A stretch of 64,000 nt of DNA from assembly GCA_963664825.1 (NCBI GenBank), contig OY761614.1:2368001-2432000 (forward strand), read 5' to 3'. The position numbers and the translations under genes were made by a program. The notes beneath the pieces were generated by a model, which saw nothing but the letters and a program-made list of their open reading frames with translations, did no database searches and had not been told where the DNA came from. Shown here piece by piece: positions 11,453-20,892 of this stretch; the stretch's first letter is position 1; every line of letters starts with the position of its first letter. This DNA comes from an uncultured Holophaga sp. Its GTDB lineage: Bacteria > Acidobacteriota > Holophagae > Holophagales > Holophagaceae.

Positions 11453-12931
11453 CTACTGGATGGGCTTTAGGGTCAGGGGATCGCGCAGGGGTAGTTTCAC
11501 CACCGGGAGCTTGACCACTTCGCTCAGCTTGCCGGGGTGATCCTTCACATCGCCTGCCTCGGCTTCGCTGGCCTTGCCGACCACCAGCAGGACCATCTTC
11601 TCGGGCTCGAGGTATTTCTTTGCGACACGCTGGACATCTTCCTTGGTCACGGTCTGGATCTTCTCGCGGAAAGTCGCGAGGAAGTCCTCGGGCCAGCCGG
11701 TGAGCTGTTCGCTGGCCAGGGCGTTCACGATGGCCTGCTTGTTGGGGAACTGGGCGGGGAAGCCGTCCATGATGCTGTCCTTTACGACCTTCAGATCCTG
11801 GTCGCTCACGGGCTCGGCCTTGATGCGGTCGATCTCGGCCAGGGCCAGGCGCATGGCATAGGCCACGGAGCGGTTCTTGGTCTGGAGACCGCAGGACCAG
11901 TCGCCCTTCCAGTAGGCTCCGGGGCTGAACCGTGAACTGATGCCGTAGGTGAGCCCTTCGTCACTGCGGATCTTCTTCATCAGGCGGGCGTGGAATCCGT
12001 TTCCGCCCAGGATGTCGTTCATCACGACGGTGGCATACCAGTCGGGATCCGTGCGGCGCAGGCCGGGAAGCACGAGCTGCACGGTGCTCTGGGGCACATC
12101 CTTGTCGCAGACATAGATGCCCGACGTGCGGGTGAAGGTTGGCGCAGGGGGCTTGGGGCTGACTTCGGCGCCCTTGATGGGTTTCATTTGGCCGAGGGTC
12201 TTGTTCAGTGCGGCGAGCATGTCCTTCCTGTCGAACTTGCCCGAAACGGCGATGACCAGGTTCGACGGGTGGAACATGCGGGCATGGAAGGCCTTGAGGT
12301 CCTCCTGGGTGATGGCCTTGAGACTGGCTTCGGTGAGGGCGGCGGTGGAATAGTGGTTCTCGCCGTTCAGGAGGTAGCCCATCTGGTAGCCGGCGATGGA
12401 ATTGGCGCTATCGTTGCGCTGTTCCAGGCCGAGGCGGGACTGTTTCTTGGACAGATCCAGGCGGTCCTGGGCGAAGGCGGGCTGGGTCAGGACTTCCATG
12501 AAGAGATCGAGCCCGGCCTTGAAGTCCTTCTCGAGGATCTCCAGGGAGACCTCGCCCTGGGTGGAGCCGAAGTTGCTTTGGATCTGGGCAGCCAGGAACT
12601 CGATTCGCTCATCGAGCTTGTCGGCGGGAGTCTTCTCCGTGCCGCCACTGCGCATCAGATCGCCCACGAAGTTAGCGAGTCCCTCCTTGCCCTTGGGATC
12701 GAGGTAGGAACCGCCGCGCACTATCACGTTGATGCGCACGAAGGGTTGGCCGTTGGGATCCGGCGCGATGAAGACGGGGATGCCATTCTTGAGCTTGGCC
12801 TTGTAGTCCTTGACCCGGGGGGCCTGGAAGGTGACGGGCTTGAAGCTGAGTTTCTCGGGGCGGTCGGGGATGGTCTGGGCGAAGACCAGACCGGTGCCGA
12901 GCAGGAGGGAAAGAGCGATGCGGCTGATCAT
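11453..12931 (-). CDS. M16 family peptidase, non-catalytic subunit, secreted
   Basis: Signal peptide; GGSYLDPKGKEGLA; RLMKKIRSDEGLTY R/Y pair; no HxxEH. Confidence 0.9.
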   Translation of the reverse strand: MISRIALSLLLGTGLVFAQTIPDRPEKLSFKPVTFQAPRVKDYKAKLKNGIPVFIAPDPNGQPFVRINVIVRGGSYLDPKGKEGLANFVGDLMRSGGTEKTPADKLDERIEFLAAQIQSNFGSTQGEVSLEILEKDFKAGLDLFMEVLTQPAFAQDRLDLSKKQSRLGLEQRNDSANSIAGYQMGYLLNGENHYSTAALTEASLKAITQEDLKAFHARMFHPSNLVIAVSGKFDRKDMLAALNKTLGQMKPIKGAEVSPKPPAPTFTRTSGIYVCDKDVPQSTVQLVLPGLRRTDPDWYATVVMNDILGGNGFHARLMKKIRSDEGLTYGISSRFSPGAYWKGDWSCGLQTKNRSVAYAMRLALAEIDRIKAEPVSDQDLKVVKDSIMDGFPAQFPNKQAIVNALASEQLTGWPEDFLATFREKIQTVTKEDVQRVAKKYLEPEKMVLLVVGKASEAEAGDVKDHPGKLSEVVKLPVVKLPLRDPLTLKPIQ

Positions 12932-14667
12932 TACTTGGCCTCCAACTTCTGGATGCGGGCGTGGAGCTTCTGGACCAGGAACTCGATCAGGGGCTTCACC
13001 TGGGGTGGCACCTTGTCGGCCTGGGCCTCAATTTGGGCGAGGCCCTCCTTCAGCTTGGCCACATCGGTTTCCTTCTCGAACTGGGCCAGGGCCATCTTGG
13101 CGTTGGGGCGCAGTTGCTCGGGCAGCTTGGCGAGTTCGGGGTCCTCGGGTCCCGCAGGAGCCGCCTTGCGGCGAAGGGTGAGGACGCTGCGGTTTTCCTT
13201 GGTCAGGTATTTCTGGGCAACACGCTGGACATCGGCCTTTGTGACCTTCTTAAGGTTTTCGGGCTCGACGAGGAAGTCCTTGTAGCTCCCCGCCCCTTCG
13301 GCCTCGGCCAACTGGGCCACCAGGCCGCCGTTGCTCTCCAGGCGACGGAAGGAATCCGCCAGGACCTGGTTCTTCACCTTCTGGAGTTCCTGGTCGGTGA
13401 TGCCGTCCTTCTGGATCTTCTCGATCTCGGCGTAGAGCATGGGTTCCACGTCTTCGACCTTCCGATCCGGGGTGGGGGCGCCGATGACGAAGAAGGAGCC
13501 TGCATACTTCTGGGTGCGGTTGAAGGCCTGGGCGAAGGCCGCAGCCTTCTGCTTGAGCACCAGTTCCTTGTTCAGGCGGCCGGACTGTCCGTTCAGGACA
13601 GAGCCCAGGATATCCAGGGCGGCGGCGTCCTGATGGACGCTGGAGACGCCCTTGTAGCTGGCGAAGACCATGGGTGTGCTCTCGGCCTCGGCATCCATCC
13701 GCTGGGGAGCGACCTGGGCGGGGTCGGTGGTGAGGACCACGGGAACGGGCCGGGTGCCCCTGGGGATGCGCCCGAAGTAGCGCTCCATCATGGCGATGGC
13801 TTCGTCCGTCTTGAAGTCACCCACCAGGATCGCGGTGATGTTATTGGGCGCATAGAAGGTGGCGAAGAACCTGTCGGCGACCTCGCGATTCACCTGGGAG
13901 ATATCGCTGGGCCAGCCAAGCACAGGCCAGTGGTAGGGGTGGGCCTCCCAGGTCATGGCGAAGAAAGCCTCCATGATCCGGCCGGTGGGAGTGGCCTCCG
14001 TGCGCAGGCGGCGCTCCTCGAGGATGACGTCGCGCTCGCTGTAGAACTCCCGGAAGACGGCGTTCTTCAGGCGATCCGACTCCAACCAGGACCAGAGTTC
14101 CAGCTTGTTGGAGGGCACCGTGATATGGAAGAAGGTGCGGTCGTTGCTGGTGTTGGCATTCAGGCCGGTGGCGCCGGCCTGCTTGTAGATGGAGTCCATC
14201 TCGTCCTTGACGATGATGGCCCGCTGTTCCTTCACCAATGCGTCGAAGTCCTTGAGAAGCTGCTGATGGCGCTCGGAGCGCACCTTGGGGTCCTGGATAT
14301 CCGAGATCTCCCCGCGCCGCTGCTTCTCGCGCAGGATCCCGATCTCTTCGCGGATGCCAGCCTGCACCTTGTCCTGGAGGGCATTGAGTTCCGCATCCCG
14401 CTTGGCGTCCTTGGTGCCGATGGTGTTGGTGCCCTTGAACATCATGTGTTCAAAGAAATGAGCCATGCCGGTGGCGCCGACGGTCTCATTGGCGCTACCC
14501 ACCCGGGCGACCCAGCCGGCGGCGACCGTTGGCTCATCATGGCGTTCCACCAGGAGGAGGCGCATGCCGTTGGAAAGGGTGTGTTCCTTGACGGGGACGG
14601 TCTGAGCCAATAGGGGTGCCGCTGCGACCAGTGCGGCGACGAGCCCTCGGCCCGGAGAGATGGTCAT
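12931..14667 (-). CDS. M16 family zinc peptidase, catalytic subunit, secreted
   Basis: GMAHFFEHMMFKGT (HxxEH), NANTSNDRT, ERDVILEERR; AAGGAGG RBS before ATG 14667. Confidence 0.93.
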   Translation of the reverse strand: MTISPGRGLVAALVAAAPLLAQTVPVKEHTLSNGMRLLLVERHDEPTVAAGWVARVGSANETVGATGMAHFFEHMMFKGTNTIGTKDAKRDAELNALQDKVQAGIREEIGILREKQRRGEISDIQDPKVRSERHQQLLKDFDALVKEQRAIIVKDEMDSIYKQAGATGLNANTSNDRTFFHITVPSNKLELWSWLESDRLKNAVFREFYSERDVILEERRLRTEATPTGRIMEAFFAMTWEAHPYHWPVLGWPSDISQVNREVADRFFATFYAPNNITAILVGDFKTDEAIAMMERYFGRIPRGTRPVPVVLTTDPAQVAPQRMDAEAESTPMVFASYKGVSSVHQDAAALDILGSVLNGQSGRLNKELVLKQKAAAFAQAFNRTQKYAGSFFVIGAPTPDRKVEDVEPMLYAEIEKIQKDGITDQELQKVKNQVLADSFRRLESNGGLVAQLAEAEGAGSYKDFLVEPENLKKVTKADVQRVAQKYLTKENRSVLTLRRKAAPAGPEDPELAKLPEQLRPNAKMALAQFEKETDVAKLKEGLAQIEAQADKVPPQVKPLIEFLVQKLHARIQKLEAK

Positions 14668-14965
14668 GATGCCTCCTTGGATGATTGGAAAAGAACCTGA
14701 TGCGGTCCAAAGGCCGGAAAGCCATGAATGGACTGGGCTGAGGACCCATGTTGAGGATACCTCGACAGTTGCTGTGAAACCCTTGTTAAGAAATGTGAAG
14801 AAGCCTGGCTTCATTGGCTCGGATATTCCGAACCTGGAAGGCACCGCTCCACGGCCCGAGTCCACCACTCGGCCATCGGGAGCGACCGGCGAACGGAAAG
14901 CCGTGCCCGGGGCCTCCGTACGCTGAGAATCTGGGCCGTCATCTGACTCAACCCAAGGAGCTATC

Positions 14966-16693
14966 TTGTTCATTTCTCGCCTTGCCCTGGTCCTTGCCGT
15001 GGCCTCCGTCTCCCTCTCGGCCCAGATTCGCGTTCCCATACAGAAGCGCGTGCTTTCCAACGGGCTCACGGTGATGCTCGTGGAGCGCCACAACGCTCCC
15101 GTCTTCTCCGCCCGCATTTCCTTCAAGGCTGGAAGCGCCGACGATCCCTTCGGAGCCAGCGGCGTGGCCCATGTCTGCGAGCACATGCTCTTCAAGGGGA
15201 CGAAATCCTACGGCCTGAAGAACCCTGCCGATGCCAGCAAGGAACAGGGCCTGCTCGAGCGGGAGGACGCCCTCTGGGAATCCATCCTGACCGAGCAGCG
15301 CACCCTGGTGGATGCTTCGGCCCGGGCCTTCTACGCCACCGGCAAAGTGGGCCCCGAGACGAGCCCCAAGCTGGAACAGTTGAAGAAGGACTTCGAAGCG
15401 GTCCAGACCGAGCACCGCGCCCTGGTGGCCCAGAACGATTACAGTTCCCTCTACGAGACCGTGGGTGGCACGGGTATCAACGCCGGCACCGGCATGGATT
15501 TCACGGTCTACCAGGTGAGCCTGCCCAAGAATCGTTTCGAGTTCTGGTGCCGCATGGAATCGGATCGCCTGGCCAATCCCGTGCTCCGGGAATACTACAC
15601 GGAGCGTGACGTCATCAAGGAAGAGCGCCGCATGAGCCTGGAGGATGGCACGGGTGGCCGCGGCCCCATGGGGGTGCTCATCGAGCCCTTTTTTGCCGCG
15701 GCCTTCCCCTACCAGCCCTACGGCCGCACCGGACTCGGCCCCATGTCCGATCTCTTCAACCTCAAGCGCACCGAGGTCCAGGCCTTCTTCACCAAGTACT
15801 ACGCGCCCAACCGCTCGGCCCTGGTGCTGGTGGGGGACCTGAAGATGGACGAGATCCTGCCCTCCATCGAGGCCTATTTCGGCAAGATCGCCCGTCAGCA
15901 GGATCCCGCTCCCGTCCATACCGTGGCCCCCGCCCAGAATGGCGAACGGCGTCTGGTGGTGGAGAAGGACATGACGCCCATGGTGCGCGTCGGCTGGCAT
16001 GTGCCCGCCATGGGCCATCCCGATGTGCCGGCCCTCAATGTGTTGGCCGAGATCCTCTCCGGGGGCCGCACCAGCCGCCTCTACAAGAACGCCGTGGAGG
16101 GCAAGCAGCTGACGACGGGGTTCAGAGTGGACTACGGTGATCCCGGATCCAAGTACCCCACCCTCTTTACGGCTTCGGCCACGGTGAAGGGGGATCACAC
16201 GACGCAGGAGCTGGAAGCGGCGCTCTACGAGGAGATTGCCAAGCTCGCCAAGGAGGGTCCCACCCAGATGGAGGTGGATCGCATGATCAAGAACGCGGAG
16301 ATGGGCCTCATCAAGAAGCTGGAGGACATCGATTCCCTGGGCGACGAGATCGCCCAAACCTGGGCCATCACGGGCGATGAGACCACCTTCACCGCCGACC
16401 TTGACCGCACCAAGGAAGTCAAACCCGCCGATGTGCAGCGGGTGGCCAAGACCTACTTCACGGCGCAAAACCGCGTGGTGGCCACGCTTGTGCGTCCGGC
16501 CGTGTCCGGCGTCAAGGATCCCCTGGATGCCCAGCTCGAAGTCCTGATCGGGAAGGCCATCTCCGCCCAGGTGAGCGACGCGGCCCAGGCCAAGACGATC
16601 CTGGAACAGCAGATGGGCCAGATCCGGGCCCTGCCTAAGGAGAAGAAAGAGGAAATCCTCAAGCAGCTCCAGGCCCAGCTCGGCGGCAAGTAG
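14966..16693 (+). CDS. M16 family zinc peptidase, catalytic subunit, secreted
   Basis: GVAHVCEHMLFKGT, NAGTGMDFT, ERDVIKEERR; AAGGAG RBS with TTG start; signal peptide. Confidence 0.93.
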   Translation: MFISRLALVLAVASVSLSAQIRVPIQKRVLSNGLTVMLVERHNAPVFSARISFKAGSADDPFGASGVAHVCEHMLFKGTKSYGLKNPADASKEQGLLEREDALWESILTEQRTLVDASARAFYATGKVGPETSPKLEQLKKDFEAVQTEHRALVAQNDYSSLYETVGGTGINAGTGMDFTVYQVSLPKNRFEFWCRMESDRLANPVLREYYTERDVIKEERRMSLEDGTGGRGPMGVLIEPFFAAAFPYQPYGRTGLGPMSDLFNLKRTEVQAFFTKYYAPNRSALVLVGDLKMDEILPSIEAYFGKIARQQDPAPVHTVAPAQNGERRLVVEKDMTPMVRVGWHVPAMGHPDVPALNVLAEILSGGRTSRLYKNAVEGKQLTTGFRVDYGDPGSKYPTLFTASATVKGDHTTQELEAALYEEIAKLAKEGPTQMEVDRMIKNAEMGLIKKLEDIDSLGDEIAQTWAITGDETTFTADLDRTKEVKPADVQRVAKTYFTAQNRVVATLVRPAVSGVKDPLDAQLEVLIGKAISAQVSDAAQAKTILEQQMGQIRALPKEKKEEILKQLQAQLGGK

Positions 16694-16730
16694 CCCACCC
16701 CTCATCACGAACCCAGACTAGGAAAAGACC

Positions 16731-18149
16731 ATGCGAATCACATCCCTCATTGCAGCCCTCATTGCCCTGCCCATGCTGGCCCAGGCGCCCGTTGGCAGCC
16801 TCGACAAGCTTCCGGACCCCCACACCATGCCCGCGCCCAAGCTCCAGGCGCCCCAGCCCAAGGTGCAGCAGTTCACCCTTTCCAATGGCGTCCGCGTCCT
16901 CTTCATCGAGGATCACGAACTGCCCGTGGTGGAGATGTCGGCGGCCTTCAAGGTGGGCACCTTGGAAGATCCTGCGAACAAGGCCGGTCTCGCCTCCATG
17001 ACGGCCACCCTGCTGCGCACCGGCGGCACGAAGAACTTCACGGCCGACCAGCTCAACGAACAGCTCGAGAATCTCGCGGCGGATGTGGAATTCGGCGCGA
17101 GCACCGAGAACAGCGGCGGCGGCATCCATTGTTTCAAGAAGGACGCCTCCAAGGTGCTAGGGCTCTTCAGTGAGATGCTCCGGGCCCCTCGCTTCGCCGC
17201 AGACCGCATCGAGATCGTGCGCAACCAGAGCCTCTCCCGCATCAAACAGCAGGAGGACCAGCCGGTGCAACTGGCGGTTCGGGGTATCAGCCGCCTGCTC
17301 TTCAATGGAAAGGGCCAGGGCAATCCCGCCACCCAGGCCAGCATCAAGGCCATCACCGAACAGGATCTGCGCGGCTTTGCCAAGACCTGGTTCGTGCCCA
17401 ATAACATGATCCTGGGCGTCTCCGGCGATCTCACGCTCTCGGAAGCCAAGGCCCTCCTGAAGAAGACCCTGGGCGATTGGCCCAAGGCCAAGCTGCCCGC
17501 CTTGGCCCGGTCCAGCGAGCCCACCAAGGCCGCACCCGGCGTCTACCTCCAGAAGAAAGACAAGGTCAACCAGAGCGTCGTGCTGGCCGGAATGACCGGG
17601 CCTCGGGAGAACGACCCCGATCGCGTGGCCCTGGGCGCGGCATACCTGGTGCTGGGGGAGGGCGGACTCGGGAACCGCCTCTTCAATACCATCCGCACGA
17701 AAAACGCCCTGGCCTATTCCGCGGGATGCGCCTCCAGCTTCGCCAACACCGTGGACGGCGTCTTCTTCGGATACGCCATCACCAAGGGGGAAAGCACCAC
17801 TAAGGCCGCCAGGCTCCTGCGGGAGGAATGCGTGAAGCTGGCCAAGGATGGCATCACCCCTGAAGAATGGGAGAACGCCAAGCGCACCCTCACCAACCAG
17901 GAGGTCTTCGCCAACGCCACCTCCAGCAACGTGATCAGCACGGCCGTGGGCCTGGCCCTCTTCGGTCAGCCCCTGGATACCCGGGCCAAGCGCCTGGAGA
18001 AGCTCCAGAGCCTGAGCCTGAGCCAGGTGAACGAGGTCATCAGCCGCCGCTTCAAGCCTGAGAATCTGCGCTTCTACATCCTGGGAGACCCCGCAGGCTT
18101 CGGCGCGGAAAAGCTGGAGACCCTTGGGAACGTGACAGCCCTCAACTGA
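16731..18149 (+). CDS. M16 family peptidase, non-catalytic subunit, secreted
   Basis: LSNGVRVLFIEDHELP, DPANKAGLA, RLFNTIRTKNALAY; no HxxEH. Confidence 0.9.
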   Translation: MRITSLIAALIALPMLAQAPVGSLDKLPDPHTMPAPKLQAPQPKVQQFTLSNGVRVLFIEDHELPVVEMSAAFKVGTLEDPANKAGLASMTATLLRTGGTKNFTADQLNEQLENLAADVEFGASTENSGGGIHCFKKDASKVLGLFSEMLRAPRFAADRIEIVRNQSLSRIKQQEDQPVQLAVRGISRLLFNGKGQGNPATQASIKAITEQDLRGFAKTWFVPNNMILGVSGDLTLSEAKALLKKTLGDWPKAKLPALARSSEPTKAAPGVYLQKKDKVNQSVVLAGMTGPRENDPDRVALGAAYLVLGEGGLGNRLFNTIRTKNALAYSAGCASSFANTVDGVFFGYAITKGESTTKAARLLREECVKLAKDGITPEEWENAKRTLTNQEVFANATSSNVISTAVGLALFGQPLDTRAKRLEKLQSLSLSQVNEVISRRFKPENLRFYILGDPAGFGAEKLETLGNVTALN

Positions 18150-18172
18150 TAGGGACCCGTATCCCTAAGGCC

Positions 18173-18210
18173 GAAAGAGCCGGGAGCGTTTGCTCCCGGC
18201 TCTTTCTTTT
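18173..18210. terminator. Intrinsic terminator, probably bidirectional
   Basis: GAAAGAGCCGGGAGC-GTTT-GCTCCCGGCTCTTTC followed by TTTT. Confidence 0.88.
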
Positions 18211-18226
18211 CCTGTCGTCGTCGGCT

Positions 18227-20026
18227 TCAGCGGTCTTCCGAGGCGTCGATATCGAGCCAGGTGAACCACAGGGGATGGGTCTGTTTGTACCAGCGGAGGA
18301 TTTCCAGCAGCTTGACCTGGAAGGGGATGGGAATGACCTCCGGGGGGATGCGGTCGAAGTGGATCCGGATGTGATCCTGCTGGGGGAATTCGAGGGCTTC
18401 GGAACAGAGGGTCTGCAGTTCGTTGCGGATCCGTCCGGAATCGGAGATGCGCACGGGGCGCTGCTGGTAGGCCTCACCCCCCATGAAGCGGCTGAGCAGT
18501 GGATTGAAGACCAGCCAAGCCTGTTTCAGGGTCTCCATCAGCCGCAGGGTGAAGGTGATCCGCTTGTCCCCCCGGCCGCTGGCCAGCCGCACGGTCACCT
18601 TGTAGAGGTCCGGCCCCACCTGCTCCACCCCCGGCGCGCCGGAGTAGGGGTCGGGGCACATGTAGCCCGAAATGGCCAGCACGTCCCACTTTTTCTCCGG
18701 GAAGAAATCGCTCGCATCGAGGATGGGCTTGTGGAGGGGAATGCCCGCCTGGTCGGCATCCTCGATCATCGCCCGGTAGTGGTCGAGGATGGAGGGGTCG
18801 ATATCGCGTTCCAGCACCTGGCCCAGGCGCATCGGGAAGTCCTCCGCCTCGGGGTCCAGCCTCATCACGAGGCGTTCCCGGTCGTAGGGCACCTCGAAGG
18901 TGGAGGTGAAGGGCGTGATGTAGGCCACCAGACCCAGCATGGGGGCCAGGCTGGTGGCCTGGATGGCCTCCGCCGAGGCGGCGTATCCATCGCAGAGGAA
19001 CAGGTGGCGCGCGCCATCTTGCTCGTAGGGACCGATGCAGAAGGTCGGGGCATAGGTGCCCGATTCGGTGAAGACGGGCAGGCCCGAGGGGAGCACGAAG
19101 TCGTCTCCGACGATATGGGCCCCGAGATCGGTCCACTCCTTCCAGAGCCCCTGGATGCGCATCTCCCGGCTCTTGCCGCCCAGAGTCCAGATATGGATAT
19201 TCTCCGGGGCGATCTCGGGGTAGGTCATGCGGATGGCCCGCATCACCTGGGCCCGGGGCGTGCGGAAGGAGAGCTGAATCGATTCTTCGGCAGCCCGGTC
19301 GGCCACTGCCTGGGGAAGGAAGAGATTGCCCATGTAGCCCTCGTAGGGGCGGGTGATGGCCAGGGGCTGGTTGAAGAGATGCAGGACCGTCATGGGCCCG
19401 GTTTCTGCGCCCTTGGAGAAGCGGGAGGTGTTTTCCAGGGTATCGATGGCCGCGCCCCACACCGTGATGCCGGCGGCCTTGATATCCCGATAGAACTCGT
19501 CCCAGCCGTAGTTGTCATGGTTGAGGAGGCGCACGACCTTGCGGTCGAGCCAGCGGGCCACCGAGGGGCGGGCGTAGACCCGGCCGAAGCCCAGTTGGGG
19601 GTTGGAACCCATCTCCGGGGTCTCCCCGGCCTTGGGCATCAGTCCCTCCCCCAGGCAGACCATGATGGCGTGGTTCTCCGGGAGCTGGCGCGACAGGTAC
19701 CACAGGCTTTCGCTCATGGCATAGGCCGAGATCGCGTCAGCCTCCTTCTTGGTCTGATTGAGGCCCGATTTGTCCAGCCCCTTGCCGGCGCCGTAGCGGC
19801 CGAAGAGCTTGGTGCCCAGCGAGGTGACGGCGCCGGTCATGGCGAACAAGCGCTCCATGCCGCCATCCATGAACGCGATGTCGGTGGTGAATTCCTTGAC
19901 CGGTTCCCCGCGCACCCAGTTGATTTCCACATTCTCCAGCCATAGGTGGAAGCGGCCAAGGATGGGACGGGTGTCGAAAGCCCACTGGGCGATCAGATCG
20001 CGGGTCTCCTGGGCAGAATCAACCAT
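18227..20026 (-). CDS. Large hypothetical protein with a divergent GlpX (class II FBPase)-like core
   Basis: KKEADAISAYAM, MVCLGEG and AAIDTLENTSRFSKG align with the GlpX motifs KxxADxAAVxAM, VIGEG and AVDPLEGT; AAGGAG RBS. Confidence 0.6.
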   Translation of the reverse strand: MVDSAQETRDLIAQWAFDTRPILGRFHLWLENVEINWVRGEPVKEFTTDIAFMDGGMERLFAMTGAVTSLGTKLFGRYGAGKGLDKSGLNQTKKEADAISAYAMSESLWYLSRQLPENHAIMVCLGEGLMPKAGETPEMGSNPQLGFGRVYARPSVARWLDRKVVRLLNHDNYGWDEFYRDIKAAGITVWGAAIDTLENTSRFSKGAETGPMTVLHLFNQPLAITRPYEGYMGNLFLPQAVADRAAEESIQLSFRTPRAQVMRAIRMTYPEIAPENIHIWTLGGKSREMRIQGLWKEWTDLGAHIVGDDFVLPSGLPVFTESGTYAPTFCIGPYEQDGARHLFLCDGYAASAEAIQATSLAPMLGLVAYITPFTSTFEVPYDRERLVMRLDPEAEDFPMRLGQVLERDIDPSILDHYRAMIEDADQAGIPLHKPILDASDFFPEKKWDVLAISGYMCPDPYSGAPGVEQVGPDLYKVTVRLASGRGDKRITFTLRLMETLKQAWLVFNPLLSRFMGGEAYQQRPVRISDSGRIRNELQTLCSEALEFPQQDHIRIHFDRIPPEVIPIPFQVKLLEILRWYKQTHPLWFTWLDIDASEDR

Positions 20027-20208
20027 GACCGTCTCCTTCTTCACATGCACAGACCCTGCAATGCGCTGGATCCTCATACGGGGCATGGTTCATTGTAAAC
20101 AGAGCCATGGACCTCATGGGCGAAAGGGGGCATTTCGTCAAGATCTGCGCCGTTCCTTCTGGGACAGGAGCGTTCGTCTGGGGAAGGGACCCTGGAAGGG
20201 AAAAGGGA

Positions 20209-20676
20209 TCACTGAGCCTGCAGGCTGGGGGCGTTTTCTGGAAGTTGGGCCGCCGGCCGGGGGTGGGCCTTCTGGGGGAAGGCCCCCGCGTTGATGGCGA
20301 CGAAAGAACCCAGCAGGAAAAATAGCAGGGCCAGCAGGGCGGCGCCGCGCTTACCGGTGGCCAGGGTTCTCGGGGTCAGCTCCGAGACGGCGAGAAGGGC
20401 CAGGGCCAGGATGAGCTTGAGCCGGAAGGCGGAGGATCCGAGCAGGTTCTCATGCTGGTTGAACTTGATGACCCAGAGGAGGATCCCGAAGAGGATGGCC
20501 AGGCGGATGGGCCAGGTCACGGCCTTCTTCCAGACGTTGGCCGCCAATCCTCGCAGATCCTCCCGTTCCTCTTCGAAACCCGAGAGCAGCAGGGCCACGA
20601 CCATGGCTCCGCCTCCCAGGGATAGGGCCACGAAGTGCAGCCACTTCACCAGGAAGAAAGTCTCGAATTGGGGCAT
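20209..20676 (-). CDS. Four-TM membrane protein (DUF2269/CopD-like)
   Basis: KWLHFVALSLGGG...FRLKLILAL; four hydrophobic helices. Confidence 0.7.
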   Translation of the reverse strand: MPQFETFFLVKWLHFVALSLGGGAMVVALLLSGFEEEREDLRGLAANVWKKAVTWPIRLAILFGILLWVIKFNQHENLLGSSAFRLKLILALALLAVSELTPRTLATGKRGAALLALLFFLLGSFVAINAGAFPQKAHPRPAAQLPENAPSLQAQ

Positions 20677-20757
20677 GGGAACCTCGGGAACGAGGCTCCA
20701 GCATAGCCACCCGGGCCGGACTCCCGCATCCATGGCCTTCTACTGACGAAAATATTG

Positions 20758-20857
20758 GAACGCGAAGAGCGCTAAGGAAGCGAAAGAAAGCGATTTTTCG
20801 GGTGTGGATCGTATTTGGTTTTTCGCGCTCTCAGCTCGCTTCGCGCCCTTCGCGTTC
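20758..20857. repeat. REP-like long imperfect palindrome, copy 2 (divergent variant)
   Basis: GAACGCGAAGAGCGC (20758-20772) vs GCGCCCTTCGCGTTC (20843-20857); purine-rich left arm and pyrimidine-rich right arm, as in copy 1. Confidence 0.7.
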
Positions 20858-20892
20858 TTCTTGTTCTGTCTCCATGTCCGAGCGTCGCCGCC

